Shown here in pieces: positions 25,234 to 37,845 of a stretch of DNA of 64,000 nt. Every line of letters begins with the position of its first letter. Positions within the stretch are counted from its first letter, which is position 1. This DNA comes from Pecten maximus (taxonomy: Eukaryota), in contig NC_047015.1 of assembly GCF_902652985.1 (NCBI RefSeq), positions 55,304,001 through 55,368,000 on the forward strand. Reading direction: 5' to 3'. A program made the translations under genes and the position numbers. The notes below the pieces were generated by a model that had not been told where the DNA came from, did not search any database, and saw only the letters and a list, made by a program, of their open reading frames with translations.

Positions 25234-27109
25234 ATGCGTTTTCTACAATTTGTCCCTGTGATAGTTTCACTTCTTCAACTTCAGGCTCAAAGCTTGTGTC
25301 GCGATGCGGATTTGAAAAGTGCAATCACAGAACAAAAAGTAATGGACAATATCAGACCATTCATCGTAGATTTGATGAGAACCCAGCACCAAAAAACTGT
25401 GGATGAGTGCGTGAGAGTGTGTGGCAGAACAGAGAACAGCAGCACGCCATTCCTACAAGACGTTAAGCTGGAACATGAAGATCTTTCAAAAAGAGTGGAA
25501 GAAAATGAGAAGATTGTGAGACAAATAAAGAGAACGAATTCAGATAATACTCTACTGGAAGGTAAGAATGTTTTCTCTAATTTCATGGGTTTTTTTGTTT
25601 TTGTTTAAAACACTTAATCTTTTCAGGTAAAGATTTAGGAATATTGTGCGTGACGTCAGTATGTCAAATAAGGTGACGCCATGAACGGAACAGGGAAATG
25701 TTCAAAACAAAACTGTGAAACAGCAAACTTATTAAACGGTGAACAAAGATAATTTACATGTATGTAATTTATATGTCATAAAACTAGATTTTTTCTGTTT
25801 GGCAAATTGTTCGGGCACTGCCAAACAGTTTAAAATCACGTGGTTTTTTCCCAATAGTCATAAAGTAATTATAATACTATTACGAAATATAAAGTTTATG
25901 TTTTGTCAACCGATGCATTATTTAACGATATTGGGATTTATATTGTTAACCTTGAATTGTATTGAAAAAAACCCTCTTTACATACATGTTCTCGACATTC
26001 TCAACTTCTTTTCTCTTGTACATGTATGACGCGTGTCTTTTCCTATGCTCCAAAGTGCTTATCAAATATATCATCAAAGATAATATTGAAGATTTGTATT
26101 GCTTTTGTCTCATTGTATGATAAAAAGGTAATTTGTGGAAGGCATTGGTGTTAGGAAATTTATTCCTACACTTGTTTTCGGCATTTTTTTTTTATATTAA
26201 TCGTCATGTTGTTCTTACGAATAATCAATAATAAAAACAGTTATTATTAAAAGACACAGTTAAAGTGCAATCCTGTCTTGTTACCAAAATATTTTCACGT
26301 TAAAATATAAAAAGAAAATACTACATTATTATTAATCACAAAATGGGAATAAATACAGTTTGATTATATAAATGTATTCAATTAGTACATGTAGTTAAAC
26401 CTAATAGCACACTCTGTTAAATTATTTCCATTTCGTTTTAGATTTCCCCATCTACATGAGCGAGGCATCGCTGAACCCAAGAACGTTTCTGTCATTTAAC
26501 AGGAAATCCCTTTTCAACTCCCAGAAACCATGGGAAAATCTCACAAATGACTTCCCCTTCGATTGGCCGACGGGAGGTAAAGACACCCTTCAAACATATT
26601 ACGGTGTGAAGGGTTCCCTTCCTTTAAGAAATCCGGACACTGTCTGTTTCGAAGTGGACGCATTCTATAGCATATACTTTAATTTGACTGGACGAAACTT
26701 GTTATTCGAGATCGGAATAGGGAGGGACTGGGTTATTGATAATTCCCATTACATTGGATGGGAGCCCGACTCCACATGGTCGTTTGTTGTTTCTCGTGAT
26801 GACGTCACTGGTCGGGTCATAAGTGCATGTCAATCACACCAAATGAACCATGGTGAATTGACGGATATAAGTAACAGTACGGCCGGTACACGACAGAAAA
26901 TGTCTCTGGGAATTCGAGTCAACATGGCAGATGGCATAATGACGGTTGTGGACAGATCTTCATTAGCCGTCCTCTGTAATTTCACAGATATTGACGTCAC
27001 GCAAGAGCTTTGGCCTATGTTCGGTGTCTATGCAAAGAGTAGTAGTGACGTGGTGATGGCGTTACGTCATAGTTTTCTGGTGTCATCGAGGACATGGATT
27101 GATGTCTGA
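25234..27109 (+). CDS. Secreted protein: signal peptide, coiled coil and SPRY/B30.2-like domain (331 aa)
   Basis: Exon 1 25234-25561 (G|GTAAG) and exon 2 26442-27109 (TTTTAG|AT) join in phase 1 to give 996 nt. N-terminus MRFLQFVPVIVSLLQLQAQS is signal-peptide-like; LQDVKLEHEDLSKRVEENEKIVRQI is heptad-like. The C-terminal motif order (VCFEVD, LFEIGIG, SLGIRVNMADGIMTVVD, CNFTDI, ELWPMFGV) follows the SPRY pattern. Confidence 0.8.
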
Positions 27110-30100
27110 GGGAGTGATACATATACAAGAATACATTTTTATTGCCAACTATGTCTCCATTGGCAAATTGGTGGGGAATAAACAAATGGGTTCCGTCCAT
27201 CCATCCGTTCGATAATGTGTCAAAAGCATACTGTATATAAAAACAACTTCAATATAACTTTATGCGAGTCAAGTTTTTTTGTCTAGTATTGTCCTTTAAG
27301 TAATCTGGTATGGGTTAGTCGGGCCATATCGGATTTTTTAAACGGTTGATAAAACACCAGAAACCGCTGGATAGGCCTTTCATTTGCAACAACGGGAAAA
27401 CACAAGGAAACCCAGCCATTTTCGAAGTATATCTCATCAATAGATTTATTTGAATTTTACCAAATAGATATCGAAAAATATTCAATAAATAAAAGTGATT
27501 TTTTTCACTTGTGAATACACTGTTAGATATCCTCAATATCTTCCCAAGTGACCTATAATATTGCTTTTTTTTTTTGTAGTGACATTTCTCGTCTTTAACA
27601 GTTCCTTGTTATTTCGAATTTCATAAGTATACACATGTTTTATTTGCAATAGTTCCGGCTGAATACTGAATAGTACATACACCACTTACAATTCACGTTC
27701 GAATTTCATCATCTTCGACGACGCCCTCTGCCGGTGATGAGAATGAATGGCATATAATATCTGGATTCTGGTAAATTAAATGACGTCGACACGGTGGTAA
27801 CTAAATTACAAACTATTGATTATTAATTGGATAAAAATATGAAGTTTAATATCAGTAAAAATATGTCGTATGAAATAATGAATACAAGCGTGAAATTCGA
27901 ACAATAATGTGTAATTATTGAATATTACAACACGCCATAACCATAACCACTATATGGAGATATAGACGTTAAAATCGAGAGCACGAGAGGTCGCCGCGGT
28001 GACAAGGGAAATAACTCGCACAAACCAACCCGACACAACCTCATAGGGTTGGGAGGTTAAATATCAATATACAAAACAAAACATTGGATTCCACTTTACT
28101 TACCAGATATCTTGGAGGTCCTCCGACTTCAAGCTTCATAAACCTTCTGAAAAAAACATACCGATTTTATGGGAAATGAAATATAATTTCACTCGTTTGA
28201 ATGGAATGAATAAGAATGACAATGTTTTCTCCTATTTCGGAGAGGGTCTCTGTATGGCGGAAAGTGCCGAGCGTTTCCTAGTGGGAAAGCGGGTAGGATA
28301 CACGCGTATGTCTCATTTAGCGAGCCACGTTGACAGGTTAACACCTATGCTGGTATTCGTAGACATATATCTTCGTCAAATTTTGAATACGATGAAATAT
28401 TCAAGAAAGAATAGGAGGAGGATGTTAAGGTCACGGATATTCTGGCGAGTGAAGGGTGTGATTTTGAGCATTGTTAATCTTGTTGATGTTGTAAAGAAAT
28501 AAAACTAGCACTCGGTGTGGTCGAGCCATTGCAATTTATTTGAAATTTTGTGTTATATCTTGCCATGGGTTGTTGAAGGCGAATGCACGATACAGTGTTA
28601 TAGGATAATTACAGTCACGTAATTTAATGTTACTTTTCGGTCAAGAAATATTAAATAATTCATTTTCGATAAACGCTGGTCATATGAAAGCTCTCTTGTG
28701 CACGTACAACATATCTTTTCTTTCTCCACTACATTCTTCAATTTTACATCAAGAAATAACACAATCTCAAATAAATTGCAAGGTCACGACACAGGGGCTT
28801 GTAAAATCGTGCCAAGCCTCTGTGTACGCGGGTACATGTACACGGGTACCACTCTCAAAGCGGTTACCCATCCAAAAGCTGACTACGCTCGACGTTGCTT
28901 ACCTTCGGTACACCGACACGATACTCAACCGCACAGCTGCACATGCTAGCTATTGGACTATGCTTAGAAATGCCCATATCCACGAACCACGAACCATCAC
29001 ATAGTCTCTATATGTAAAGGGTATACTGCCTATTGGCCTATTTCGACTTAACGGTGACCGTTTTCAAAGTCAAAATTAAAATAAAAAACTGTGTTCTTAA
29101 AAAATACCCTTAAATCTATAAAATATAAATATTCTTATTTGCGAAAAATGTATTTGTAATTTCAATGGATGTTTTATCAAATGACCTTAAAATTGCATCA
29201 TCGGGCTATTTGCAACTTTCGAGGGAGGTTCTCCCGCTTTCAAATAATTTGCTCCTCTTTATTTTATGCATTTAAAAAAATCTTTGGATTTTCTGAATTT
29301 GAACAGTATTTTCACATTTGTAGAAAATTGTTTCTCCTTTCAGCTCATAATGCTGGCATCATTTCCAGCTGTTTTATTTCAAAATATAATCATGTATCTG
29401 CACCAAGAACCTTTTTATAACGTTGTTTTTATACCATTTCCTTCTTTGTACTTACCCCAATTTGTTTCCAAAATGCTCGCCAGTAAAACAATGATTTCGC
29501 AAAACGGAAAACGATGCCATTATTATAAGCTGAAAGAAGGGACAATTTTTGATCAGTGTGCAGACTTTTGGACAAGTCAATTGAAAAATCAAATCAGGAA
29601 AATTCAAATAAAAAGATGGAAAAAAGAAGAGAACAAATAACAAAAGTTGACATAATTTTAGTAGTACCTCAGCTATCTCTTACCATAGTCGCGAAACATG
29701 ATATCGCCGGTAATTTTGAAAAAAAAAAATTAGTAATTAATTTAAAATTTTGACTTATGAAACAAAGATGTTCAGATTTTAACTACATTGTAATTATTTC
29801 AAGCGATATGAATGTCACTATTATAGAACGATGTAGGGTCACATCACACATCATATAATCCAAAAATGTCGACCTGTTAAATATTGAAGTGAGGGCATTT
29901 TTCTTTTTCTTTTTTCCCCTTTTTTTGAAAGGCTCGCATGGGATTATTATTAATTCTTATCCGAATCATATATATATTAATCAAGGGATGGGGATTGGGT
30001 TGGAGGTTTTGAACTAAAAAGTCGAAATCTGCTTTACAGAATTTCACTTTAACACTTACTATCTTCCATATTATTGTCTTCATTGTAAACCATCAGAGTT

Positions 30101-30554
30101 CCCGACGTCCGTTCTTTTTTCTTCCATTCCTTTCAGATTTTTCTTCTTTCAAAGGTCGAACAAACAGCAAGCAACTTCCAAACTTTCCAATATGTCTGCT
30201 TCTGCTTTGCAGACGACACTTCGATTTCTTAAACGCGCGCGTGCTCTGCTTTAATTGACAAGAGATGTCCATTTCGGGGCGTGGTTTAATCGTGGAATGA
30301 ACGGAATCGATTTAAATACCACTGGTTAGGGTGATTGACATCGATGTTGCATTTCAAAAATGGTGAAATGAGATAAGATATTACAATTACAACTGTACTT
30401 GTATGAAATACTCTTTCCAAGCCGCCTGATGCCTTTTTTGATTATTTTTTCATTGAAAACATACTTAAGTGTTATTTTGGTGTCCGATCACTAACTTATG
30501 GTAAGCATTTGAGAGGAGACCTCTTCAGTTAAAAAATAAGTTTAATATACAGTG

Positions 30555-30625
30555 TACAGTAAAACCTCACTATTAAGACCATCTGGGGGTCCGGGTCAAA
30601 GTGGTCTTAATAGCGAGGTGGACCA
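30555..30625 (+). mobile_element. Tc1/pogo-type MITE terminal fragment
   Basis: TA-CAGTAAAACCTCACTATTAAGACCA...TGGTCTTAATAGCGAGG internal inverted repeat. Confidence 0.5.
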
Positions 30626-30869
30626 AATTGAGCTAGACCATCAGCTAGGAACCGTAACTCTTAATTGACTGAACTCAGGTGCAAGTTGTATAGATTTGAC
30701 TAAATACATGCCATATTCTTAACTTTAAATAAAAACAAAGACAATTGTTTGTTTCTTACAATTTAATTAATAATAATCTTCATTTAATAAATAATATTTC
30801 AATATATGCTCTTAAATCATTACAAGTTTGAAATTAATATCTATTTTACGTATCCTTTGTGTTGATTAC

Positions 30870-31400
30870 ACACTTAATGTTGATAAATACCCAACATTTT
30901 ATAATTTTGGTGACAGAAAGACAAATATTATCCATACTAAATTACGACATAGATGCAGTGCATTGAATTATGATTTGGTCCGTGTAAATCTCATAAATAG
31001 TCCAGATTGTAGTTGTGGAAATCGTTGCGAGAGTGCCTATCATTATTTCTTTGAATGTGAAAAGTATGTAAATTGCAGAGGCATTTTATTTGACAATTTA
31101 AGAAACTTAAATATTAATATAACATTGAATACTTTATTGTATGGTAACAATCTGTATGCCGATAATGTAAATCTAAATATTTTCAGACATGTGCATTATT
31201 TTATAAAGTCCAGCAAAAGATTTTAAGATATACATTCGTACTATATATACATGTATATAATGTGTTATATTTCATTAATATTGTCTAGGCCAATAGATAT
31301 TATATTGTATTTAGGAGAGGGCGTCAATAAGTTGACATAACTTGTGCCTTATCCTTTTGTTCACTTAATTGACAATAAAATATGTTTAAACTAACTAAAA
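30870..31400 (+). mobile_element. 5'-truncated LINE (CR1/L2-group-like) 3' end
   Basis: ORF2 C-terminal Cys/His motif IIHTKLR...CSCG...ESAYHYFFEC ends at 31226; the 3' UTR carries AATAAA and a short AACT-repeat tail. Confidence 0.75.
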
Positions 31401-31792
31401 AACTTAGTCCATTTTCACACAGTAAACTAAAGTCTCTCGATTGAATTATGGTTTTGATTTTCAAGAACACATACACGTGTATTTATCCAATGAATGTTTT
31501 AAACAGTCACTTGCACAAAAATGAGTCCAGTGTACACTGTCTAGCTGAAGCACGATCAGCAAAGGCCTGCTCCTCCAAAAGGTCCTCTGCTGTGTTGATC
31601 ATTCTAAGAAGATCATGCATACCTTTCTTGACCGAGAACCCACGGAGTTGTCTGATGACCTTGAGGGCGTCCTGTGATGATGTACAAGTATATTAAATGA
31701 TTTGCTAATAGAATGTAAAACTGACCTCGGACCTTAGTTAGTTTGTTTAGATAGTTATTGGTTTACCACCTACAAATCTGCTACTACTACTC

Positions 31793-31897
31793 ACAGGGGC
31801 CTGAAAATTTGTTACAGTCTATATGTAATTAAACCTTTGCTCATGTGTATAACATAGTCCAATAACACAGACTGTAACAGATTCTCAGGTCCCTGTG
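31793..31897. mobile_element. ~105-bp MITE with CACAGGG termini
   Basis: CACAGGGGCCTGAAAATTTGTTACAGTCT ... AGACTGTAACAGATTCTCAGGTCCCTGTG, an imperfect ~30-bp inverted repeat. Confidence 0.6.
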
Positions 31898-32351
31898 TTA
31901 TTTCTAGGTTCTGTCGCCGAAAGGGAGTATCTCTCTGCATTAGAACCCCTTTAACCTTGACCAATAGCTACCAATATCGGACGCACGCACGCTCTCATCA
32001 TAGATAATTCTGTCTTGACCAATCCAATTTCCCGATAAAAAAATTAGTTTCATAATTATCAACATATAGAATCAAATGTATCTTACGTATAATGCACATT
32101 TTCACGGGCCGTGGGGTTTCAATTTTCCGACAAATCACTGTGATTTAGAATATTTTGTATACATTGGCTGTTCCCGAGAACAAACCCACGCCATCGTATT
32201 GCATGGTACGGAGATTTATTTTAAATCAAAGTGTCTCGGACGGATACTCTCAGAGGTCACACAAACTACAGAGGACGATTCATTAAAAAATGAACGCGAC
32301 AATGCGACATAAAAACTCGCCATGTTATAGTGGCTCGTTAGGGCCAAGTAT

Positions 32352-32600
32352 CAAATCTCGCATTCTCGCACTCTCGACCTTAGGTCGAAAACGCGAGAAT
32401 GCGAAAACGCGAGAATGCGAGAATGCGAAAGAGCGAAAACGCGAGAATGCGAAAACTCGAAGGCGAGAATGCGAAAACGCGACGGCGAAAACGCGAGATT
32501 AATCTCGCACTTTCGCCGCCGCGATTTCGCATTCTCACCGTCGAGTTTTCGCATTCTCGCGTTTTTGACCTTAGGCCGAAAACGCGAGAACGCTAGATTG
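32352..32600. repeat. Foldback/palindromic element built from GCGAGAATGCGAAAAC units
   Basis: Imperfect palindrome centred at 32500/32501 (GCGAGATT|AATCTCGC) with ~65-bp arms. Confidence 0.75.
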
Positions 32601-33286
32601 GGTTTAAACGGCCGTCCTCGCACTCTCGCTTCCACGCATACATATATATATATATATATAGCCAACGTAATGTATATCCCTATATATGTATGTTTCTCAA
32701 GAAAATAAGCGAACTTCCTTACGCGAGGGAGCGAGAGTGCGAGGGCGGCCGTTACTCGTTGCTCCTGAAATACATAAATGTCATTGGAAGCGTGTTCTTT
32801 CATGACTCATCCTAAGGGTTTTCATCAATCCGATCATCAAACATACATATTGGAGATTTATAAGTCGCAGGTCAAAAGTTATTTTAAAGAAGAACTGGAT
32901 TTAGCGGAGCGCGGCATTGTTGGAAGTAAGTATCTGAGTAAAGGTGTGAATCATGGAGAAGGGAGAATTGGTTTGGCTTTAGCCTGAAGCGGAGACGGGG
33001 TGGTGGTGAGAACATGGATGAATTGGGTGGTTGTCTCTTATCCAACGCATACCCCTTCTGTCTCATTTTACACAAGGGGTAGGTGAAGAATATCTCCATT
33101 CCGCTTGATGATGGAGCAACCCTCAGACGAAAATACTTCTTTCCAAAGGGTTTTGCGGTTCCATACCTTCCATTGCTTCTTCAGTAATTAACGGGTGGAA
33201 TTTTGGCTTTCTCCGGCATTTCAGACACAATTAAAACCGTCCAATGCTTAATTAAGTTAATTAATTCAGCCATCAGAGATACATAT

Positions 33287-33500
33287 CGGGTGGTACAGTG
33301 GTAACAGACTTGCCTTTCACCTAGGTGACCGGGGTTCGATTCCCCGTTCGGACGTGAAAAGGTATGGGGTAACCTGCCCGACCACATGTTGGTTTTCCCC
33401 GGGTACTCCGGTTTCCTCCCACAGTAAGACCCCTCGTACACTTCCATCCGGGCCAACAAGCGTGGTTACTATAAATTGTTCCACAATTGTTGTAAAATAA
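33287..33500 (+). mobile_element. Second tRNA-derived V-domain SINE family copy
   Basis: A box GGTGGTACAGTGGTAA, B box GGTTCGATTCCC and V-domain GGTTTTCCCCGGGTACTCCGGTTTCCTCCCAC; head and tail differ from the 16719 family. Confidence 0.8.
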
Positions 33501-33927
33501 ATAAAGTTTTCAATAAATATCGCGCATGTATCTGCTGATTTCAAATATATTATTGTGACGTCATATCTGCTTCGATACACAATATATTATGTTACATTAT
33601 AAATTACATCCGATCTAATATCCACGTGTTTTTGATGGCATTTAGTAAATGAATTTAAAGCTTTTTTGATGCGACAGAATTTCACTTTAAGCTAACGTTT
33701 CTGTTCAGTTTTACAAATCCATTTAAAACATGAAAGATTGTCAAGGTTTCACTGTGTATGAACGTACGTACCTCTATACAGCAGCCAGGTAGTGTATGTT
33801 AAGGTCGCTATAGACAGGGTAATTGTTTACAACGTTCTATATGTATATACGCAAAATAGTTTCACTGATATCAACATTTTTTAAAGTCCGCATATTACAT
33901 TAATTTATTAATTATGAACTTCATGTT

Positions 33928-34040
33928 GCACAGGGACCATGCATCTAACTTTACATACATGTATTTACAAAAATCAATAAATATACGGCTATAGAATTAA
34001 CCAGTATACAATGATAGTAATATAAATTTGGTCCCTGTGC
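33928..34040. mobile_element. ~113-bp MITE with GCACAGGGACCA termini
   Basis: Perfect 12-bp TIR GCACAGGGACCA / TGGTCCCTGTGC. Confidence 0.55.
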
Positions 34041-34162
34041 TAGATCGACAACGTAATTTGCGAATTAAAGAGAATAGAATTATTGCCATTGTCAGAAACT
34101 TGATACGCCATCAATATGTTTCATTTCATATGTATCTATCATTACCAAGGCGGGGTTTTCTA

Positions 34163-34176
34163 ATCACCATGGCAAC
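34163..34176 (+). promoter_or_regulatory. RFX X-box-like motif upstream of the actin gene
   Basis: ATCACCATGGCAAC, one mismatch from GTCACCATGGCAAC, 210 bp upstream of the ATG. Confidence 0.45.
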
Positions 34177-34385
34177 TTACCTACGAAACTAGCTGCTAAG
34201 CTCACCAAAGCAGTATGTAGCAGGATTAGGCACAAACTTGTGACGACAAACGGGTGTCACATTCCGACATCACCAGACCATCAGTACAAAACACCATTTT
34301 GTTTTCTCTCCTATCTAAACCAGAATCTCTGCAAATATTTCTAAGTCGTGCACTTCGTTTCCTAGAAGAGTGACGCTGACCGGGA

Positions 34386-37023
34386 ATGGCTTCAATGAGC
34401 GAGGATTTGAGCGCTGTGGTTCTGGACAATGGATCAGGGATGTGCAAGGCTGGATTCGCAGGGGACGACGCCCCTCGTAGTGTATTTCCGTCTATTGTCG
34501 GAAGGCCGAGACATCAGGTATGATTTCTCTCAAATCCCGAAATTGCATACAAACATGATTTGCTTTGAAATCCAATATTCTTCATATGAAGTCGTACTTT
34601 TAGTACATTGTAATTAAGTATCTACAGTAGAGATATCCCGTCTGTTAATTAGATGCACAAGAAAAGTTGTTGCTATTTTCCTTAAAAAAAAATTTATCAC
34701 ACAAAATATTTTCATTCTGTAGATTTTCACTTGTTTTCTCCGACGAAAGAAATTGTCACAGAAGCTAAAGCTTCCATTGTAACTGACAAAATCGTTTTAT
34801 TGATTTACGCGGTATATTTTCCCCTCCTTTTTGAGAAAATGTCGTTTGTCTGACCCTGCATTTTCTCGTTTCTCGTCAAATTTCTTTTCTCACGGAGATT
34901 TTATCTTTGTGTATGTTGTCTGTTTTACCAAATTTTTCTTCATTGTCGCATCTAACAAGCCAATATCTGAACACGCGCCGGCCTTTTTTGCCAAGTGTAA
35001 TGGACTATTGCTTATTCGTTTATTGTTGCCCGTGTTTTTTACAGTTGTGATAAATTGTACCAGTGTACTCGAATTTTATTCACATGCTCTTGTCAGCGTG
35101 CGCAGGTTCGTATTCAAGCCCAAAATCGTAACGAATGCAATCATAATGTGCAAGAAGTGCCTAGACCGCATGTGATGGAATAAGTACGGACGAACAGACA
35201 GATGGTTTGATTTATTTTGTTTAGCGTCCTATTAACAGCCAGGGTCATTTAAAGACGTGCCAGGTGTTGGAGGTGGAGGAACGCCGGAGTACCTGGAGAA
35301 AAACCTCCGACCTACGGTCAGTACCTGGCAACTGCCCCACATTAGGTTTCGAACTCGTAATCCAGAGGTGGAGGGCTAGAGATAACGTGTCGATACACCT
35401 TAACCACTCGGCCACCGCGGCGCCTCAGATGGACATGCGGCCATACAGACAGACACGACATAGCAGTCCTATATTAGCACACTGATCGTTTAATCCGGGC
35501 GTGGCTGATACCCGATATAACCATATCGATTTATATAGCATCCAAGGCAAAGCGATAACTTCTGGCATTGTGTTTCTCCGTAAGCTGTAGTATCATTCAT
35601 TGTAAGCTGAAGCTCTTTAACGACAAACATCACTCTAATTGCAATATCTCGGGGAAATTCACGGCAATCCACGGAAAACAACTTGATTTCCGAGGATTGC
35701 CGGAATCGCAACATTTCGGTAAAATTACCGGCAATCCTCCGATATCAACTTGATCTGCGAGTCGGATTGCCGGTTTCCCCGAGATGCTGCGATTGAAATT
35801 CACTCATCACCTATCGACAGATTCCGGACCTTATATAAAACAACGAAGGGTACGGGAATCAGTCGAGATTAGCCGAATGACCACAAAGTATTTAAGACGG
35901 TTCTCAGATTCCTGACGTTTGTATATTTCCGTATATTTTACTGGATTTGGGGTAGGGGATGGAGCAAATTTCAGGCAATTTAAAAATATAACTGTATTCT
36001 ATTCCTGGTGTGTTTCAGGGCGTCATGATCGGGATGGGCCAAAAGGACTCTTACGTCGGAGACGAGGCTCAGAGCAAAAGAGGCGTCCTCACTCTAAAGT
36101 ACCCTATAGAGCACGGAATCGTCACGAATTGGGACGACATGGAAAAAGTTTGGCACCACACTTTCTATAACGAACTCCGTGTGTCCCCAGATGAACACCC
36201 CATACTCATGACGGAAGCACCGTTAAATCCAAAAGCCAATCGCGAGAAGATGACGCAGATTATGTTCGAGACCTTCAACACACCGGCGTTTTACGTAGCC
36301 ATCCAGGCCGTGTTGTCCCTGTACGCCTCGGGACGCACCACAGGAATAGTGATGGATTCCGGGGACGGTGTAACTCATACCGTTCCCATATACGAAGGAT
36401 ACGCCTTGCCTCACGCCATCTTGAGGATTGACCTCGCAGGTAGGGACCTCACTGATTATTTGATGAAAATCATGACGGAGAGGGGATACTCCTTCACCAC
36501 AACGGCCGAAAGAGAAATAGTCCGAGACATCAAGGAGAAACTCTGCTACATAGCGCTCGATTTTGATGATGATATGGTGTCGTCTGCCACTTCTAAAGAT
36601 ATGGAAAAGACATATGAACTACCAGACGGACAGATCATCAGCATCGGTAACGAGAGGTTCCGGTGTCCAGAGGCGATGTTCCAACCTTCATTCATAGGTA
36701 TGGAAATGGCGGGAATGCACGAATCTACCTTCAATTCAATCCTAAAATGCGATGTGGACATCCGGAAAGATTTATACTCGAATATTGTATTATCTGGCGG
36801 TTCCACAATGTTCCCGGGTGTTGCGGATCGCATGAGTAAAGAGGTCGCGTCCTTGGCACCAGAACTCATCAAGGTGAAGGTCGTGGCGCCACCTGAGCGG
36901 AAGTACTCGGTTTGGATCGGAGGGTCGATCCTGGCGTCATTGTCGACATTTGAACAGATGTGGATAAGTCGACAAGAGTACAACGAGGCAGGGGCCGGCA
37001 TCATTCATAGAAAATGTTTTTAG
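34386..37023 (+). CDS. Divergent actin (378 aa)
   Basis: Exon 1 34386-34517 ([44 protein letters not shown]|GT) and exon 2 36019-37023 ([22 protein letters not shown]...IIHRKCF). The intron is at the conserved RHQ/GVM position and the frame is intact. AATAAA at about 37098. Confidence 0.95.
35206..35425 (-). mobile_element. V-domain SINE (same family as 16719 and 53061) in the actin intron
   Basis: Reverse complement of the 53061 copy; TSD CAGATGG at 35199-35205 and 35426-35432. Confidence 0.85.
35636..35796. mobile_element. Hairpin MITE in the actin intron
   Basis: ATTGCAATATCTCGGGGAAA ... TTTCCCCGAGATGCTGCGAT inverted ends, with internal CGGCAATCC/GGATTGCCG inverted pairs. Confidence 0.55.
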
Positions 37024-37845
37024 TGTCTTAATTATTGTTCAGTTAATTTGTATTTTTGTATCTGAAAAAAAAAGTTCGTACAAATAGATTGTTTAAAAAT
37101 AAACCTATGGTTTTATTAAGATTTTCCAGTTTTCCCCTTTGTTTATAACTCCCAATATCTCTCTCTCTGACTCACAATAGTTGTTTTGTATAAAGGCAGC
37201 ATATCAGACAAAGCTGATGGTTGAGTTGTCATCACTTCTATTATCAATTTGAAAACGTGACGTCACATGGACGTAGTCTAGGAAACAGAGGGCGCTTACT
37301 CTTTCGGAATACAGTGTGGTCATTCGATCTCTTGAGAAACGTTAAACGATCGCAGCATATCGACTAATGCCGTCATTAGCCGTAGTCAATTCGTAAAAAG
37401 CTTGGCCAATTTCGTCAAATTTCGGAATTTGCCAAAATGCTGTGATTAAAAACACATCTTTATTTCATATTTCTGAAGAACGTAAATTTCAAAGCATCAG
37501 AAGGATTTGTTGAAAGGGAAAACATATGACAGTTTTCTCCATTAGCCGAGGTATAAGACAAGGTGCTCTATTAAGCTTATCAGCTTTACCTTTAAAAAAA
37601 CCCCAAAAACAACAACAATAACAACAAACAAAAACAAACAAAAACCCAGATTAAATGAGAACAAAATACGAAAAAATAATAAACGTTAAAAGAAAATGAT
37701 AGAAGAAAAGATATTTCGGAAGGGAAGAATTTCTAATTCTCGATAGAGATCAGCAATTAAAATCTAAGTCAAATCCAATTAATGTAATGTTCGAACAAGA
37801 AACCCCGACAATGCATATTAATGAGTACCAAATACCTCATCATAT

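Noticed and set aside
28176-29753. Cluster of 60-125 aa ORFs
   Set aside because: No coherent splice pattern or recognisable protein motif; the region looks like decayed transposon interior.
32351-32803. Arg-rich ORFs on both strands
   Set aside because: Derived from the palindromic GCGAGAATGCGAAAAC repeat.
32884-33219. Minus-strand frame MPEKAKIPPVNY*RSNGRYG...LNPVLL with one in-frame TGA (selenoprotein or readthrough?)
   Set aside because: No recognisable domain, redox motif or SECIS; most likely chance or a decayed sequence.
36546-37004. 152-aa antisense ORF (also 21828-22046 and 7326-7960)
   Set aside because: Antisense or alternative-frame shadows of real coding exons.
37282-37296. 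Additional CTCF-like motif AAACAGAGGGCGCT
   Set aside because: Lacks the 5' CC, and the context (GCGCTTACTCTTTCGGA) resembles a common dispersed repeat end.
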